Origin: a virus
Virus record (IMG/VR): IMGVR_UViG_3300012347_000286
Coordinates: 3,266-67,265 of that record
DNA: 64,000 nt
Reading direction: 5' to 3' (one strand)
How positions within the stretch are numbered: the stretch's first letter is position 1; each line of letters opens with the position of its first letter. The translations under genes were made by a program, and so were the position numbers. A model generated the notes under the pieces. The model saw only the letters and a list, made by a program, of their open reading frames with translations. It was not told the DNA's origin and ran no database searches. Below, in pieces: positions 37,233-46,541 of the stretch.

Positions 37233-38084
37233 ATGAAAATCGCACTATGCAGTGACCTGCACTTAGAATTTAAAGACATTGAACTATTCAACACCGAAGG
37301 TGCTGAGGTATTGATCCTATCTGGCGACATTATGGTTGCCGATAGCTTGCACAATCACGAGCCACCTACTGTGACTAGTCCATACGAGCCGTATCAAAAG
37401 CTAGGGCATAACGCATTGATGGCTCAACGATATCGTGCTTTCATGGAACGTGTGAGCAAAGAGTTCCCTCACGTTGTTTACGTTGCTGGTAATCACGAGT
37501 TCTATCACGGCAAGTGGGTAGGCTCTATCCAAGACCTTCGCAATGAGGCTGCACGGTATCCCAACGTGTACTACTTAGAGCGTGATATGAAAGTTATCAA
37601 TGACGTAACCTTTGTCGGTGCGACATTATGGACTGACTGCAATAAGGGTGACCCGTTGACACTTCACGCATTGACTGACATGATGAACGACTTCCGCATC
37701 ATCCGAAACGATGAAAAGGGTTACACAAAGTTGCGTCCTGCGCATACAATGTGGCGTCATCAACAAACTCTCAACTACTACACAACTGTTATCGGTGACC
37801 GTAAAGACGAGAAGATTGCGGTCGTTGGTCACCATGCACCAAGTAAAATGAGTACGCATGAACGTTACCTTGCACCCGAGCATTCTTTGATGAACGGTGG
37901 TTATAGTTCGGACCTTAGTGAGTTCATTCTTGACCATCCTCAAATCAAATTGTGGACGCACGGGCACATGCACGACCCATTTGATTACAACATCGGTGAG
38001 ACACGCATTGTCTGTAACCCTCGCGGTTACGGTGGTCACGATCCACAAGCTGATGTGTTCAAGCTACAGTTTTTGGATATCTAA
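37233..38084 (+). CDS. calcineurin-like metallophosphoesterase
   Basis: CSDLHLE (DxH), ILSGDIMV (GDxxD) and VAGNHEF (GNHE). Confidence 0.8.
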   Translation: MKIALCSDLHLEFKDIELFNTEGAEVLILSGDIMVADSLHNHEPPTVTSPYEPYQKLGHNALMAQRYRAFMERVSKEFPHVVYVAGNHEFYHGKWVGSIQDLRNEAARYPNVYYLERDMKVINDVTFVGATLWTDCNKGDPLTLHALTDMMNDFRIIRNDEKGYTKLRPAHTMWRHQQTLNYYTTVIGDRKDEKIAVVGHHAPSKMSTHERYLAPEHSLMNGGYSSDLSEFILDHPQIKLWTHGHMHDPFDYNIGETRIVCNPRGYGGHDPQADVFKLQFLDI

Positions 38085-38109
38085 ATTGAAACAAGGTGTC
38101 CAATACTTC

Positions 38110-38138
38110 TTGCACAGAAGTAGAAAGTATCGTATAAT
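38110..38138 (+). promoter_or_regulatory. sigma70-like promoter (TTGCAC-17-TATAAT)
   Basis: Upstream of the 38182 start. Confidence 0.55.
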
Positions 38139-38181
38139 TTGTGTACGTTGCAAGACAACGAAATATTTAAAGGAAAAACAA

Positions 38182-38445
38182 ATGACAACATTAACAAAAA
38201 GCGAACGCCTAGTAGAGGCATTGAAGACAGGTGAAAAATTGACAGCGGCTCAAATCAAAGCACGTTTCGGCATTGCTAATCCAACAGCAACCGTTAGCTC
38301 TTTGCGTTTGAACGGTGGTTATAGCATTTACGGTAACCCTGCAAAAGACTCTAAAGGTCGTGCTGTTACCAAGTACCGCTTGGGTACACCTAGCCGCGCA
38401 GTTATCGCCGCAGGCTATCGTGCTTTGGCATCACAAGCACAGTAA
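38182..38445 (+). CDS. hypothetical protein (87 aa)
   Basis: AAAGGAAAAACAAATG RBS. Track ORF 37897.. is over-extended through the promoter. Confidence 0.5.
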   Translation: MTTLTKSERLVEALKTGEKLTAAQIKARFGIANPTATVSSLRLNGGYSIYGNPAKDSKGRAVTKYRLGTPSRAVIAAGYRALASQAQ

Positions 38446-38462
38446 TACATAAGTGTTACAAA

Positions 38463-38490
38463 TAAAAAGGGCACATAGTTGCCCTTTTTT
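38463..38490 (+). terminator. rho-independent terminator (AAAGGGCA..TGCCCTTTTTT)
   Basis: GC stem plus T6. Confidence 0.7.
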
Positions 38491-38502
38491 GCATTCTTTA
38501 AT

Positions 38503-38520
38503 TGGAATCTGTGTTATAAT
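38503..38520 (+). promoter_or_regulatory. candidate extended -10 promoter (TGtTATAAT) with a poor -35
   Basis: GTGTTATAAT at 38511-38520. Confidence 0.4.
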
Positions 38521-38547
38521 ACATTATCGAAACAGATAGGAGTACTA

Positions 38548-39012
38548 ATGAGTTTTTTGCATAATTTGATGGTCAAGCTAGGTCGCTATCGTTTGATTCC
38601 AGATAGACGAACAGGTGAAGACTATATGCACCGCTACTATCTGTTTCTCAAGGATCGCGTGAAGTTCCCCTTCAATGTAACATTGCATAAAATTGTGAAA
38701 AGTGATGACCCTATCATGCACGACCATCCTTGGGGTTACATGACAATCGTACTCAAGGGCGGTTACTGGGAACACACTCCTGTATTCAACAATCAAGGCA
38801 AACGTATCGCCGAGTTTCAAACATGGCGAGGACCCGGTTCTATTATCAAACGTAGTGCAAACGAATATCATTGGCTTGAGTTAGACGAGTCAGTGGGTCC
38901 AGCTACTACCTTGTTCTTTATGGGCAAGCAACAACGTGAATGGGGATTCTTACTTGGCAGCTTCTGGGTGCAATGGCAAGACTACCTAACACAAAAACAA
39001 AAGAAAGACTAA
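38548..39012 (+). CDS. hypothetical protein (154 aa)
   Basis: TAGGAGTACTAATG RBS. Confidence 0.55.
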   Translation: MSFLHNLMVKLGRYRLIPDRRTGEDYMHRYYLFLKDRVKFPFNVTLHKIVKSDDPIMHDHPWGYMTIVLKGGYWEHTPVFNNQGKRIAEFQTWRGPGSIIKRSANEYHWLELDESVGPATTLFFMGKQQREWGFLLGSFWVQWQDYLTQKQKKD

Positions 39013-39249
39013 ATGTTTATTACACTCACAAATGCTACGCCGGCACACAAAGGCAAACCCGTCTCTATCAATAGTAACTGTATCGTTACAATTAATACCG
39101 ACAAAGTTGAACGTCAGCTAGACGAGAACACTACCGTAACAGAAGATATCACTTTTGTATTTTGTCCACCACATGGCACATGGGAAGTATCAGAATCATT
39201 AGAAGAGGTGACCAGTAAACTTAATGGTAAAACAGGATTCTTTAAATGA
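39013..39249 (+). CDS. hypothetical protein (78 aa)
   Basis: Track ORF. Confidence 0.5.
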   Translation: MFITLTNATPAHKGKPVSINSNCIVTINTDKVERQLDENTTVTEDITFVFCPPHGTWEVSESLEEVTSKLNGKTGFFK

Positions 39250-39527
39250 ACGAAGACTTACGTGAAACTCTCATTATCCTACAAGAGGAACTTATCGAAG
39301 CGGCACAAGTTATTTCCAAGTGTTTTAGATTCGGTCCTGACCAACTTGTTCCAAACACAGACTACACGAATTTACAACGACTTACGGAAGAGCTTGGCGA
39401 TGTCCAAGCAATGATTGAATTGCTCGTTGACTTGCAAGTTGGTATCGATGACCAATCGTTGCTAGAAGCAAAAATGAAGAAGTTCGAAAAACTCAAACAA
39501 TGGTCTAACTTAACTATCAATAAATAA
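39246..39527 (+). CDS. hypothetical protein (93 aa)
   Basis: Track ORF, ATGA coupling. Confidence 0.5.
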   Translation: MNEDLRETLIILQEELIEAAQVISKCFRFGPDQLVPNTDYTNLQRLTEELGDVQAMIELLVDLQVGIDDQSLLEAKMKKFEKLKQWSNLTINK

Positions 39528-39531
39528 TATC

Positions 39532-39897
39532 ATGGAATTCTTTACACTTTTGCTTGTTTTCTGCTTAGGCTTTGGCATTGGTAAGCTACATGCCTACTAT
39601 AAATTTGTTGTCCTCATTAAAGACCTAGCTGATGATGCAGGAATCGATATTATCAAAGAGATTAAGAAGCAGGATGAGGACACTATTAGTGTAGACAAAC
39701 TTAAGGTCGAAGCTCACGGTGATGTATTGTACCTATTTGATATAGACACTGACACATTTATTTGTCAAGGCAAAACAGTGCAAGAACTTGCAAAAGTAGC
39801 AAACGAGTTTAAGCATATTGAATATGCAGTGGTCAAACATGGTACTAAGGTGTTCTCGTTTGAAAACGGTGAATCAAAGGAAGTCACACTCGCATGA
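39532..39897 (+). CDS. hypothetical protein (121 aa) with N-terminal TM helix
   Basis: MEFFTLLLVFCLGFGIG hydrophobic start. Confidence 0.5.
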   Translation: MEFFTLLLVFCLGFGIGKLHAYYKFVVLIKDLADDAGIDIIKEIKKQDEDTISVDKLKVEAHGDVLYLFDIDTDTFICQGKTVQELAKVANEFKHIEYAVVKHGTKVFSFENGESKEVTLA

Positions 39898-40430
39898 AAG
39901 TAAATATCGGCAAGTTTCCTAAGTACACTCCGCAAAAAGTTAAAGTCAACATTGACCGCTTTGATACTTGGAGTATGGATAATACTCTTGCACATATTAT
40001 CTATCCAATGTTGCTACAACTTAAAGACACTAAGCACGGTGTTCCCGGAGTATTTGTAGATGATGTTGGTGGCGAAGATTATGCTTCTCAAGATAGTTTT
40101 GACTTTTACAAAGAGACACATCAAGCATCTTGGGATATTGCGGCAAAACGATGGGATGACACACTTGATAAAATGATTTGGGCGTTTAGTCAAATAATCG
40201 ATGACGAGTGGGAACAACAATATCATCACGGTAAGGCAAAATATGATTGGGTAGAAACAGATTCGCTATACCCTAATCCAGTCACCGGGGTCCCTGAGCC
40301 TACTTATCAAATGGTAGATAAGAATCCTGACGAACACTGGTACGACAGTGTTGGACATCGGTTGCACGAAGAACGTATCCAAGAAGGTCTTGAGTTGTTT
40401 GGTAAGTACTATCGCAACTTGTGGGATTGA
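39894..40430 (+). CDS. hypothetical protein (178 aa)
   Basis: Track ORF. Confidence 0.55.
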   Translation: MKVNIGKFPKYTPQKVKVNIDRFDTWSMDNTLAHIIYPMLLQLKDTKHGVPGVFVDDVGGEDYASQDSFDFYKETHQASWDIAAKRWDDTLDKMIWAFSQIIDDEWEQQYHHGKAKYDWVETDSLYPNPVTGVPEPTYQMVDKNPDEHWYDSVGHRLHEERIQEGLELFGKYYRNLWD

Positions 40431-40431
40431 T

Positions 40432-40677
40432 ATGAACGTGTTTGACCAAATGATAGATAGTCTATCTAAAGAAGCATTTAAAGATTATATTTTCAAACCT
40501 ATCTCAGAAGAAAAGTTTCAAGAATTCTTAAAAGAAGCAACATTTGAAAGACTCAAGGGTAGGAAGCTAGGTGAGATTTTCGCAGAAAAGTTTAACATCC
40601 GAGACAGAGCACTAAGTATGTTTAGTGATGACCAAGATGTTATCAAGCATATTAGATATTGCAAATACGTTACATGA
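40432..40677 (+). CDS. hypothetical protein (81 aa)
   Basis: ATG just after the upstream stop; the track ORF is extended upstream. Confidence 0.45.
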   Translation: MNVFDQMIDSLSKEAFKDYIFKPISEEKFQEFLKEATFERLKGRKLGEIFAEKFNIRDRALSMFSDDQDVIKHIRYCKYVT

Positions 40678-41216
40678 AACAAAAATATATCGACTACTAC
40701 ATGGATGTAGCACAGCGTACTGGTAAACTCAGTCACGCTATTCGTAGACAAGTAGGAGCAGTCATTGTCAAAGACAATCGAATTCTCAGCTATGGCTACA
40801 ACGGTATGCCCACAGGATGGGATAACGAATGTGAATACAAAGACTACATGAGTGCTGACGCAGGCGGCTGGTTAACTGCTGATGAAATTTATGAGCGTTG
40901 GCCCTTTAAAGAAGAAGTCACTAAGATTACTGATTCAGGCGAAGAATACAAATATAATGCTCGGTACCGTCTAGTCACTAAGGATGAAGTACTTCATGCA
41001 GAAAGTAATGCTATCGCAAAAGTGTCCGGTTCAACTGAATCAAGTGAAGATGCTACTTTATTCGTAACAACTGCTCCTTGCATTCATTGTGCTAAGATGA
41101 TTTTTCAATCTGGCATCAAGTCGGTGTTCTACAAAGAAGAATACCGCGATACACAAGGTATCGACTTTTTATCTAAAGGTGGTGTCGATGTTACAAGATA
41201 CGTGGCACAAGATTGA
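40674..41216 (+). CDS. dCMP deaminase (cytidine/deoxycytidylate deaminase family)
   Basis: HAESNAI (H-A-E) and PCIHCAKMI (PCxxC) zinc-binding motifs. Confidence 0.8.
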   Translation: MKQKYIDYYMDVAQRTGKLSHAIRRQVGAVIVKDNRILSYGYNGMPTGWDNECEYKDYMSADAGGWLTADEIYERWPFKEEVTKITDSGEEYKYNARYRLVTKDEVLHAESNAIAKVSGSTESSEDATLFVTTAPCIHCAKMIFQSGIKSVFYKEEYRDTQGIDFLSKGGVDVTRYVAQD

Positions 41217-41388
41217 AGTAGACTTATCATACGGTGAACTTACCCCGTTACTAAAATGGGTAGAAAAGAACTGTACAAATAATTGGAACTACGATATAAT
41301 TGAGTCAGCAGGCAGAGAAGCAGGTATCTATCACTTCTTCTTTAAAGAAGATAAAGATGCGGTTGCGTTCACACTCTGGAAAACATGA
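41197..41388 (+). CDS. hypothetical small protein (63 aa)
   Basis: GGTGG RBS. Confidence 0.4.
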   Translation, partial: DTWHKIEVDLSYGELTPLLKWVEKNCTNNWNYDIIESAGREAGIYHFFFKEDKDAVAFTLWKT

Positions 41389-41627
41389 AGCATTATATAT
41401 TTCAACGTGAGTCGAGCAATTTTGACGATATCCTAAAGGATGTTTCAATCAAAAGTAAAATCTACACAGTGATTACTTGGAAAGGTCACCTCAGACTAGG
41501 TATACAAGACTACGATAATAAATTATCAAGCTACATCATGTTAAAGTATGGGGATGAAATTCGAACCAACTTAACTGCCGATTACTCACCAAAACCGGGA
41601 ATTGACTATATCCCAAAAAGGAAATAA
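41385..41627 (+). CDS. hypothetical protein (80 aa)
   Basis: Track ORF. Confidence 0.5.
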   Translation: MKHYIFQRESSNFDDILKDVSIKSKIYTVITWKGHLRLGIQDYDNKLSSYIMLKYGDEIRTNLTADYSPKPGIDYIPKRK

Positions 41628-41628
41628 A

Positions 41629-41991
41629 ATGGAATCTATCTTACTCGTTCTAGTACTACTACAAATTAAACATTGGTACATTGACTTTGTTAACCAATCA
41701 AATGAAGAGGTTGCTAGTAAAGGCATCTATGGTGACAGACAAGGTATTATGCATAGTGCCAAACATGGTCTAGGTACTATGCTTGCAATCACAATAGTAG
41801 TGTCACCTGCTTATATTTTCTTTGCTGTAGTATGTGGCATCATCGACTTTATTGTTCACTACCATATTGACTGGGCTAAAATGAATTACGGGAATCGTGA
41901 TATCACAACTCCCGCATTTTGGAATCATCTTGGACTAGACCAAATGGCTCATCAACTCACATATCTGTTTATTGCGTTTATGATGACTTAA
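41629..41991 (+). CDS. membrane protein (about 120 aa, 3 TM)
   Basis: AAAAGGAAATAAAATG RBS; hydrophobic segments. Confidence 0.5.
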   Translation: MESILLVLVLLQIKHWYIDFVNQSNEEVASKGIYGDRQGIMHSAKHGLGTMLAITIVVSPAYIFFAVVCGIIDFIVHYHIDWAKMNYGNRDITTPAFWNHLGLDQMAHQLTYLFIAFMMT

Positions 41992-42308
41992 ACTGATTTA
42001 TGTTTGTTATAGGGGATGACTTTTAGCTTGTCCCCTACACCGATAATGCAACTAGTGTCATCTTTAGTCGCAACAATACTCCAGCTATCATTAGCTGGAT
42101 TTGTCCATATGGTCATAATACTGCCCGCTTCGTCGGCGGCTTTTCCTGTGATGACAGGAATTTCTTGATACTTATTCTTCAATGTTTCAAAAATATGCTT
42201 AGTCGTGTCACAATACATATCACGTATCTCGACTTCTCCTGCTGTCGCAGAGCATGATAGTATCGCTGTTATTAGTACAAGTATTTTCATATAATTTAAT
42301 TTGTTCAT
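41988..42308 (-). CDS. secreted protein with signal peptide (106 aa)
   Basis: MKILVLITAILSCSATAGEV signal. Confidence 0.5.
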   Translation of the reverse strand: MNKLNYMKILVLITAILSCSATAGEVEIRDMYCDTTKHIFETLKNKYQEIPVITGKAADEAGSIMTIWTNPANDSWSIVATKDDTSCIIGVGDKLKVIPYNKHKSV

Positions 42309-42489
42309 TATTTGACCCCGATACGGTTTGCTCCCAAACGTACATCAGCATCGTTGCCACAGCTAGTATTAATATAATCAATACTCGCACTATAGCCCAT
42401 GTCTCTATTATCCAGGTGATAACTTCAACTAAACAGTCTAATACTTGTTGGGGGTGTAGCTTTCGTAAGGATCTTCTTTTCCAACTCAT
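42220..42489 (-). CDS. possible small membrane protein, overlapping 41988..42308 in another frame
   Basis: Internal ATG (MSWKRR..) of track ORF 42220..42513; one TM helix. Confidence 0.3.
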   Translation of the reverse strand: MSWKRRSLRKLHPQQVLDCLVEVITWIIETWAIVRVLIILILAVATMLMYVWEQTVSGSNNEQIKLYENTCTNNSDTIMLCDSRRSRDT

Positions 42490-42577
42490 TGTTCCCCTTG
42501 AGCAATGCCGCACATTATTTATGCGTCACTGTAATGTACTTATACTTTAGTACGAGCCATTATGTTAGTATTATATG

Positions 42578-42610
42578 GTAAAAAATCCCCTTTCGGGGAT
42601 TTTTATTTGA
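42578..42610. terminator. bidirectional rho-independent terminator (AAAATCCCC-TTTC-GGGGATTTT)
   Basis: Perfect 9-bp stem flanked by A/T runs on both sides, between convergent transcription units. Confidence 0.7.
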
Positions 42611-42815
42611 TTAAGAAATCATCTATCTTATCATTAGCTTCATCTAAATCTTCTGCATACACCTTAATGTATGCTGTACCATTTGATATTTTCATATCAT
42701 ATGGTACACGACCGTCAAATGCAAAATCAGAAGGTAATTCACGTTCTATCGTGAACTCTTGCAGATTCTTGATTCGTTTCATCAACTGATCCATGTGATA
42801 CAACGGGGTTGACAT
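42603..42815 (-). CDS. hypothetical protein (70 aa)
   Basis: Track ORF. Confidence 0.5.
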   Translation of the reverse strand: MSTPLYHMDQLMKRIKNLQEFTIERELPSDFAFDGRVPYDMKISNGTAYIKVYAEDLDEANDKIDDFLIK

Positions 42816-42824
42816 GACAAATCC

Positions 42825-43370
42825 TTAGAACCAGAGCCAAATGCCTTGGCTTAGTAAAATGATACCAATGACTGCGACTACTTCACTGACCTTGTACATT
42901 GTGTTATTAACAGCAATGATAGATGCAGACAATAGAACAATCGCTAATTGGAATGCCATTGAAGCAAATGTTAGCCATGGTGAATGTCTAGCTGCTTGGT
43001 CACGTGCTGCTTCAAATGCTTGTGCTTTTGCTAGTAACTCTTTCTTGCCTTCGCCTGACTTTGGGTCACTTTCGTAACGCTCAATCTTAGCTTCTAGCTT
43101 TTCTACGCGGGCTTTGTCGCCTTTAGCTTTAGCATCTTCTAGTTGCCCTTCAGCAATTGAGCCTTTGATACTCTTTGCTTGGAAGAAAGCGTATGTGTCA
43201 GTTGCCTTCAACATATTCTTCATTACTGCACCTGAGTGCTGGTTAGCAAAGTATGTAGTTACTGCCATGAACAATGCCATGATAACGATTACTAATCCTG
43301 CTTTGTCTTTGATTTGTGCTTCACGTTCTGAACGTGTGAGTGGTTTTGGTTGTTGTGCTGCTTCAGCCAT
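42825..43370 (-). CDS. membrane protein with central coiled coil (181 aa)
   Basis: A TM helix near residue 30, a KAE-rich coiled coil, and C-terminal TM helices. Confidence 0.55.
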   Translation of the reverse strand: MAEAAQQPKPLTRSEREAQIKDKAGLVIVIMALFMAVTTYFANQHSGAVMKNMLKATDTYAFFQAKSIKGSIAEGQLEDAKAKGDKARVEKLEAKIERYESDPKSGEGKKELLAKAQAFEAARDQAARHSPWLTFASMAFQLAIVLLSASIIAVNNTMYKVSEVVAVIGIILLSQGIWLWF

Positions 43371-43390
43371 ATATATCTCCTATGATATAT

Positions 43391-43558
43391 TTAGTGCCCT
43401 TTGAGCCACTTCATTAAGAAATAAAATGCTGCCATTACAACAGTAAAAACGGCAACCAAGAAGGAGTTCACTATCAACGTAGATAGAACTATTCCTTGCT
43501 CTAGCATCCACCACCAAAGATACACGTATTGTTCTTCAATCTCTTTGAATATCTTCAT
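43391..43558 (-). CDS. small TM protein (55 aa), not in the ORF track
   Basis: ATG overlaps the upstream stop; MKIFKEIEEQYVYLWWWMLEQGIVLSTLIVNSFLVAVF. Confidence 0.4.
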   Translation of the reverse strand: MKIFKEIEEQYVYLWWWMLEQGIVLSTLIVNSFLVAVFTVVMAAFYFLMKWLKGH

Positions 43559-43559
43559 C

Positions 43560-44342
43560 TTATCTTCCTATGTACTTCTTGGGCAACGCCTCAAGTCTAC
43601 GTTGTTCTTCTGTCTTGGGTATCCAACCCTCACCGTATTGCGGGTATTTCCTAATACGGTCTTCTACTACTAATGCGAATGATATGCCTATGCCGGCAGC
43701 TAATATTACTGCTCCGATTCCCCAAGTCGCTTCAATCCAAAGTAGTTGAATTCTTTTCTTGATCCTGCGGCTTCTTGCTTGCTCATTCTGCATCTTCTGT
43801 TGAATGAGTTTTCGCTGGGTTTCTCCCATCTTACCCATCATTGCTTCTACTTCAGAATACAATGCACCAAGTTCTGGTGGCGATTGATATACCATTAGTT
43901 CACGCAGGTCCACTGACATTTGTTCTAGTTGCTTACGCATTAGAACACGTTGCAAAGCACGTTTACCTAGACTAGCATCTCCGTCATAAACCTCTGTCTC
44001 AGCACGTAGTTCTTCTTCTTCCATGATAGCTAAACACTTATGGAAGTTATCATAGTATGCACCCAAATGCTCACCAATCTCTTGATATACGCCTGTGTGC
44101 TGCCCTTCATTGGCTTTCTTGTTTAGCTCAATTACACTATTTTTTTCTTTAATGAATTGGTTTCGTTGTTCTACTGTGGCAGGCTTTTCGGGCGGGTGGA
44201 GCTTCTTAAACTGTTCATCAAGGTCTTTGATGACGTCCTTTACTTCTCCAGCAGCACCCTTGATGTCCTTATAGAGCTTACACCCAGCTTTTACAGCAGA
44301 TACAGCCCCGTTGGCAAGCGCAAACAGCGTTAACGGATCCAT
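43560..44342 (-). CDS. hypothetical protein (260 aa) with C-terminal TM segment
   Basis: Track ORF. Confidence 0.55.
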   Translation of the reverse strand: MDPLTLFALANGAVSAVKAGCKLYKDIKGAAGEVKDVIKDLDEQFKKLHPPEKPATVEQRNQFIKEKNSVIELNKKANEGQHTGVYQEIGEHLGAYYDNFHKCLAIMEEEELRAETEVYDGDASLGKRALQRVLMRKQLEQMSVDLRELMVYQSPPELGALYSEVEAMMGKMGETQRKLIQQKMQNEQARSRRIKKRIQLLWIEATWGIGAVILAAGIGISFALVVEDRIRKYPQYGEGWIPKTEEQRRLEALPKKYIGR

Positions 44343-44451
44343 TGACTCCCTTTGTTATTCTTATTAAGTTATGGCAATTCGTATTATTATTTAGTTGATT
44401 TCGGTAAACTAAAGTATAGCTATATTACCACAAAGGTGTTATAATTACAGC

Positions 44452-44982
44452 ATGAACATACAAAAGCCACACTTATATCTAGATATGGACGGGGTTCAAG
44501 CCGACTTCTTTAGAGCTTGGGCAGATAAACACGGGGTATCACATTACAAAGAAATACCCCATCCCGAAGATGCTATCAATGAATTAGCATCGAGCAGCCC
44601 TGAGCAAGTTTATCAGTTTTTCCGAGATTTGAAACCTTTAGCAGGTGGATTACACATCATTCATTGGCTACATAGCAATAATATCCCGTTTACTGTCTTA
44701 TCTGCTCCGTTACGAGGTGAATACAAAGAAGCAAGTAAGCAAGGCAAAAGAGACTGGTTAGATGAGTTCAACCCTGGAACTAGTGAATCAGCAATCTTTA
44801 CTAGCAAAAAGTTTGAGTACGCAATGAAAGATGGTGAACCTCAAGTCTTAGTAGATGACTTTGGTGCCTACTTAAAGGCATGGAGTGATGCAGGTGGCAT
44901 AGCTGTCAAGCATGACAACGAAACAACCGGAGTAACTATTCAAGAACTTGAAAAAATCTACGCTCCTTGGCTAGCTAAATAA
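44452..44982 (+). CDS. HAD-family 5'(3')-deoxyribonucleotidase-like protein
   Basis: LYLDMDGVQADF is a DxDGV HAD motif I resembling NT5C-type deoxynucleotidases (T5 dmp-like role). Confidence 0.7.
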   Translation: MNIQKPHLYLDMDGVQADFFRAWADKHGVSHYKEIPHPEDAINELASSSPEQVYQFFRDLKPLAGGLHIIHWLHSNNIPFTVLSAPLRGEYKEASKQGKRDWLDEFNPGTSESAIFTSKKFEYAMKDGEPQVLVDDFGAYLKAWSDAGGIAVKHDNETTGVTIQELEKIYAPWLAK

Positions 44983-44989
44983 GTAATAT

Positions 44990-45166
44990 ATGACCAGTAA
45001 AACTGAAAAAGCAAGATACGAAGTAATCACACAAGAAGACCCTGACACAGGTGACCTCATTATTCCGTTGCCACCGGAGCTACTAACTGAGTTAGGCTGG
45101 AAAGAAGGTGATGACATTCAATTTGATGTGGGCACTGACGGTAGGATTATTGTTCGCAAAGTTTAA
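44990..45166 (+). CDS. AbrB/MazE (SpoVT-AbrB swapped-hairpin) family small protein (58 aa), not in the ORF track
   Basis: LIIPLPPELLTELGWKEGDDIQFDVGTDGRIIVRK matches the AbrB/MazE fold pattern. Confidence 0.5.
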   Translation: MTSKTEKARYEVITQEDPDTGDLIIPLPPELLTELGWKEGDDIQFDVGTDGRIIVRKV

Positions 45167-45168
45167 CA

Positions 45169-45564
45169 ATGGCATATACTAATCTATCTAACCTTTCCCC
45201 GACATATACAGTCACAACTGGCTCCGGTGGAGTTTCTGGTGCTTATCTTGTTTCAAACGGCAACAGCACAAATACCTGGGCAGTCACATCAGCGTCTGGT
45301 CAAACAGACTTAAAGCCAAACTCATTACAAGTTAAGGGCAAAAGTGAATTCGAAGACGATGTAAACATAATCGGAGACTTGAAACTTCAGGGTAAAAGTC
45401 TTAAAGATTCACTAGACAAAATCGAAGAAAAACTAGCTATTCTTCACCCAAACGAAGAACTAGAAGAAAAATGGGAAAACTTGCGTGGCTTACGTAAGTT
45501 ATACATGGAACTGGAAGCAGAGATTAAAGAGAAAGAGAAGATGTGGAGTATACTGAAAAAGTAG
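45169..45564 (+). CDS. hypothetical protein (131 aa): G/S/T-rich N-terminus, coiled-coil C-terminus
   Basis: Track ORF. Confidence 0.5.
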   Translation: MAYTNLSNLSPTYTVTTGSGGVSGAYLVSNGNSTNTWAVTSASGQTDLKPNSLQVKGKSEFEDDVNIIGDLKLQGKSLKDSLDKIEEKLAILHPNEELEEKWENLRGLRKLYMELEAEIKEKEKMWSILKK

Positions 45565-45567
45565 TAC

Positions 45568-45606
45568 TTGACAATAACTCTATAATCCACTATAATTGAC
45601 TATAAT
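45568..45606 (+). promoter_or_regulatory. sigma70 promoter with three TATAAT hexamers phased 10 bp apart (TTGACA ... TATAATccacTATAATtgacTATAAT)
   Basis: -35 at 45568-45573; the second TATAAT sits at the canonical 17-nt spacing. Confidence 0.55.
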
Positions 45607-45625
45607 CAACTATGAATCAAGTCCT

Positions 45626-46018
45626 ATGACCATGCATCTTCATCACCCATCACTATCAATGGGTGGCAAACGCAAAGGTAAAGTTAAATTTCGCAATGCT
45701 GACGAGGCTCGCAAAGCCCGTGAGCTTGATGCATCCTGGAAAGAGTTGCAAAAGAAGTGGGAAGTTGACCTGGAAGAAAAGAAACGTAGCAGAGCAATGA
45801 GAGCCGAGCCACTCACTTACAAACTAAGTGCACCAGTTGGACGTTCCACTTCTACGCATATCCCTAGTCGTGTAACAGAAGGTCATTCAACTTCATCCGT
45901 ACACAAGGTCTACACAGGCGACAAGATTCTAGGCATTGCAACACTGCACAAGTCAAACGCTGTTCCAGTCTTCTCCCAGCAAGAAGCTGTTGATATTTCA
46001 AAGATGCGCCGTGGATAA
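45626..46018 (+). CDS. hypothetical basic protein (start uncertain)
   Basis: Track ORF 45596..; no clear RBS. Confidence 0.35.
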   Translation: MTMHLHHPSLSMGGKRKGKVKFRNADEARKARELDASWKELQKKWEVDLEEKKRSRAMRAEPLTYKLSAPVGRSTSTHIPSRVTEGHSTSSVHKVYTGDKILGIATLHKSNAVPVFSQQEAVDISKMRRG

Positions 46019-46311
46019 TGGTATATATTACTGTGAAATAGCAGGGAATTACACCCCTGAATTCACTAAGGGTGTGACTAGCATACCCTATAGACGAGAG
46101 TACCATACAAAAATATTACGTTGTATTTCATACAGTGATAGAGTATGGATACAGGGTCCTAGGGGCGGAGTAAAGATAGTTAAAAATAGACGAGACATGA
46201 CAAACGTGTATGGTTATGTTACCAAGAACGAAAAACTAATGAAAGAGTTTATGTGGGTCAAACTACAAGCCCAAACTCTTGCATACTACAATTAAGGAGA
46301 AAGTGAACTAA

Positions 46312-46527
46312 ATGGCGAAAGAAGAAGGACTGAAAATGGATGGTAAGGTAATTGAAGTATTACCCGACACCAAGTTCAGAATCACCCTGCAAAACGGGAT
46401 AACAGTAATGGGATATCTGTCCGGTAAAATGAGACAGCACACCATCAAAATTCTACTAGGGGACACAGTAGAAGTAGAATTTAGTCCCTACGATATGACA
46501 AAAGGTCGAATCACACGTAGACGATAA
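46312..46527 (+). CDS. infA: translation initiation factor IF-1
   Basis: MAKEEGLKMDGKVIEVLPDTKFRITLQNGITVMGYLSGKMRQHTIKILLGDTVEVEFSPYDMTKGRI is about 50% identical by eye to E. coli IF1; TAAGGAG RBS. Confidence 0.85.
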   Translation: MAKEEGLKMDGKVIEVLPDTKFRITLQNGITVMGYLSGKMRQHTIKILLGDTVEVEFSPYDMTKGRITRRR

Positions 46528-46541
46528 CTAAATACTCTACG

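Noticed and set aside
37897-38181. Long upstream extension of the ORF ending at 38445
   Set aside because: It runs through the end of the phosphoesterase gene and a consensus promoter. A good RBS and ATG are at 38182.
42220-42513. Possible holin/endolysin/spanin-type lysis cassette in the minus-strand island 41988..44342, which holds membrane, signal-peptide and coiled-coil proteins
   Set aside because: No recognisable muramidase, amidase or peptidase domain. The architecture is suggestive but insufficient; reported only as membrane proteins.
46020-46310. Track ORF 45936..46295 and a possible tRNA or ncRNA in the region upstream of infA
   Set aside because: The ORF has no in-frame ATG with an RBS after the upstream stop. 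I could not find tRNA hallmarks (no GTTCGAATC-type T-arm). Left unannotated as a possible untranslated leader.
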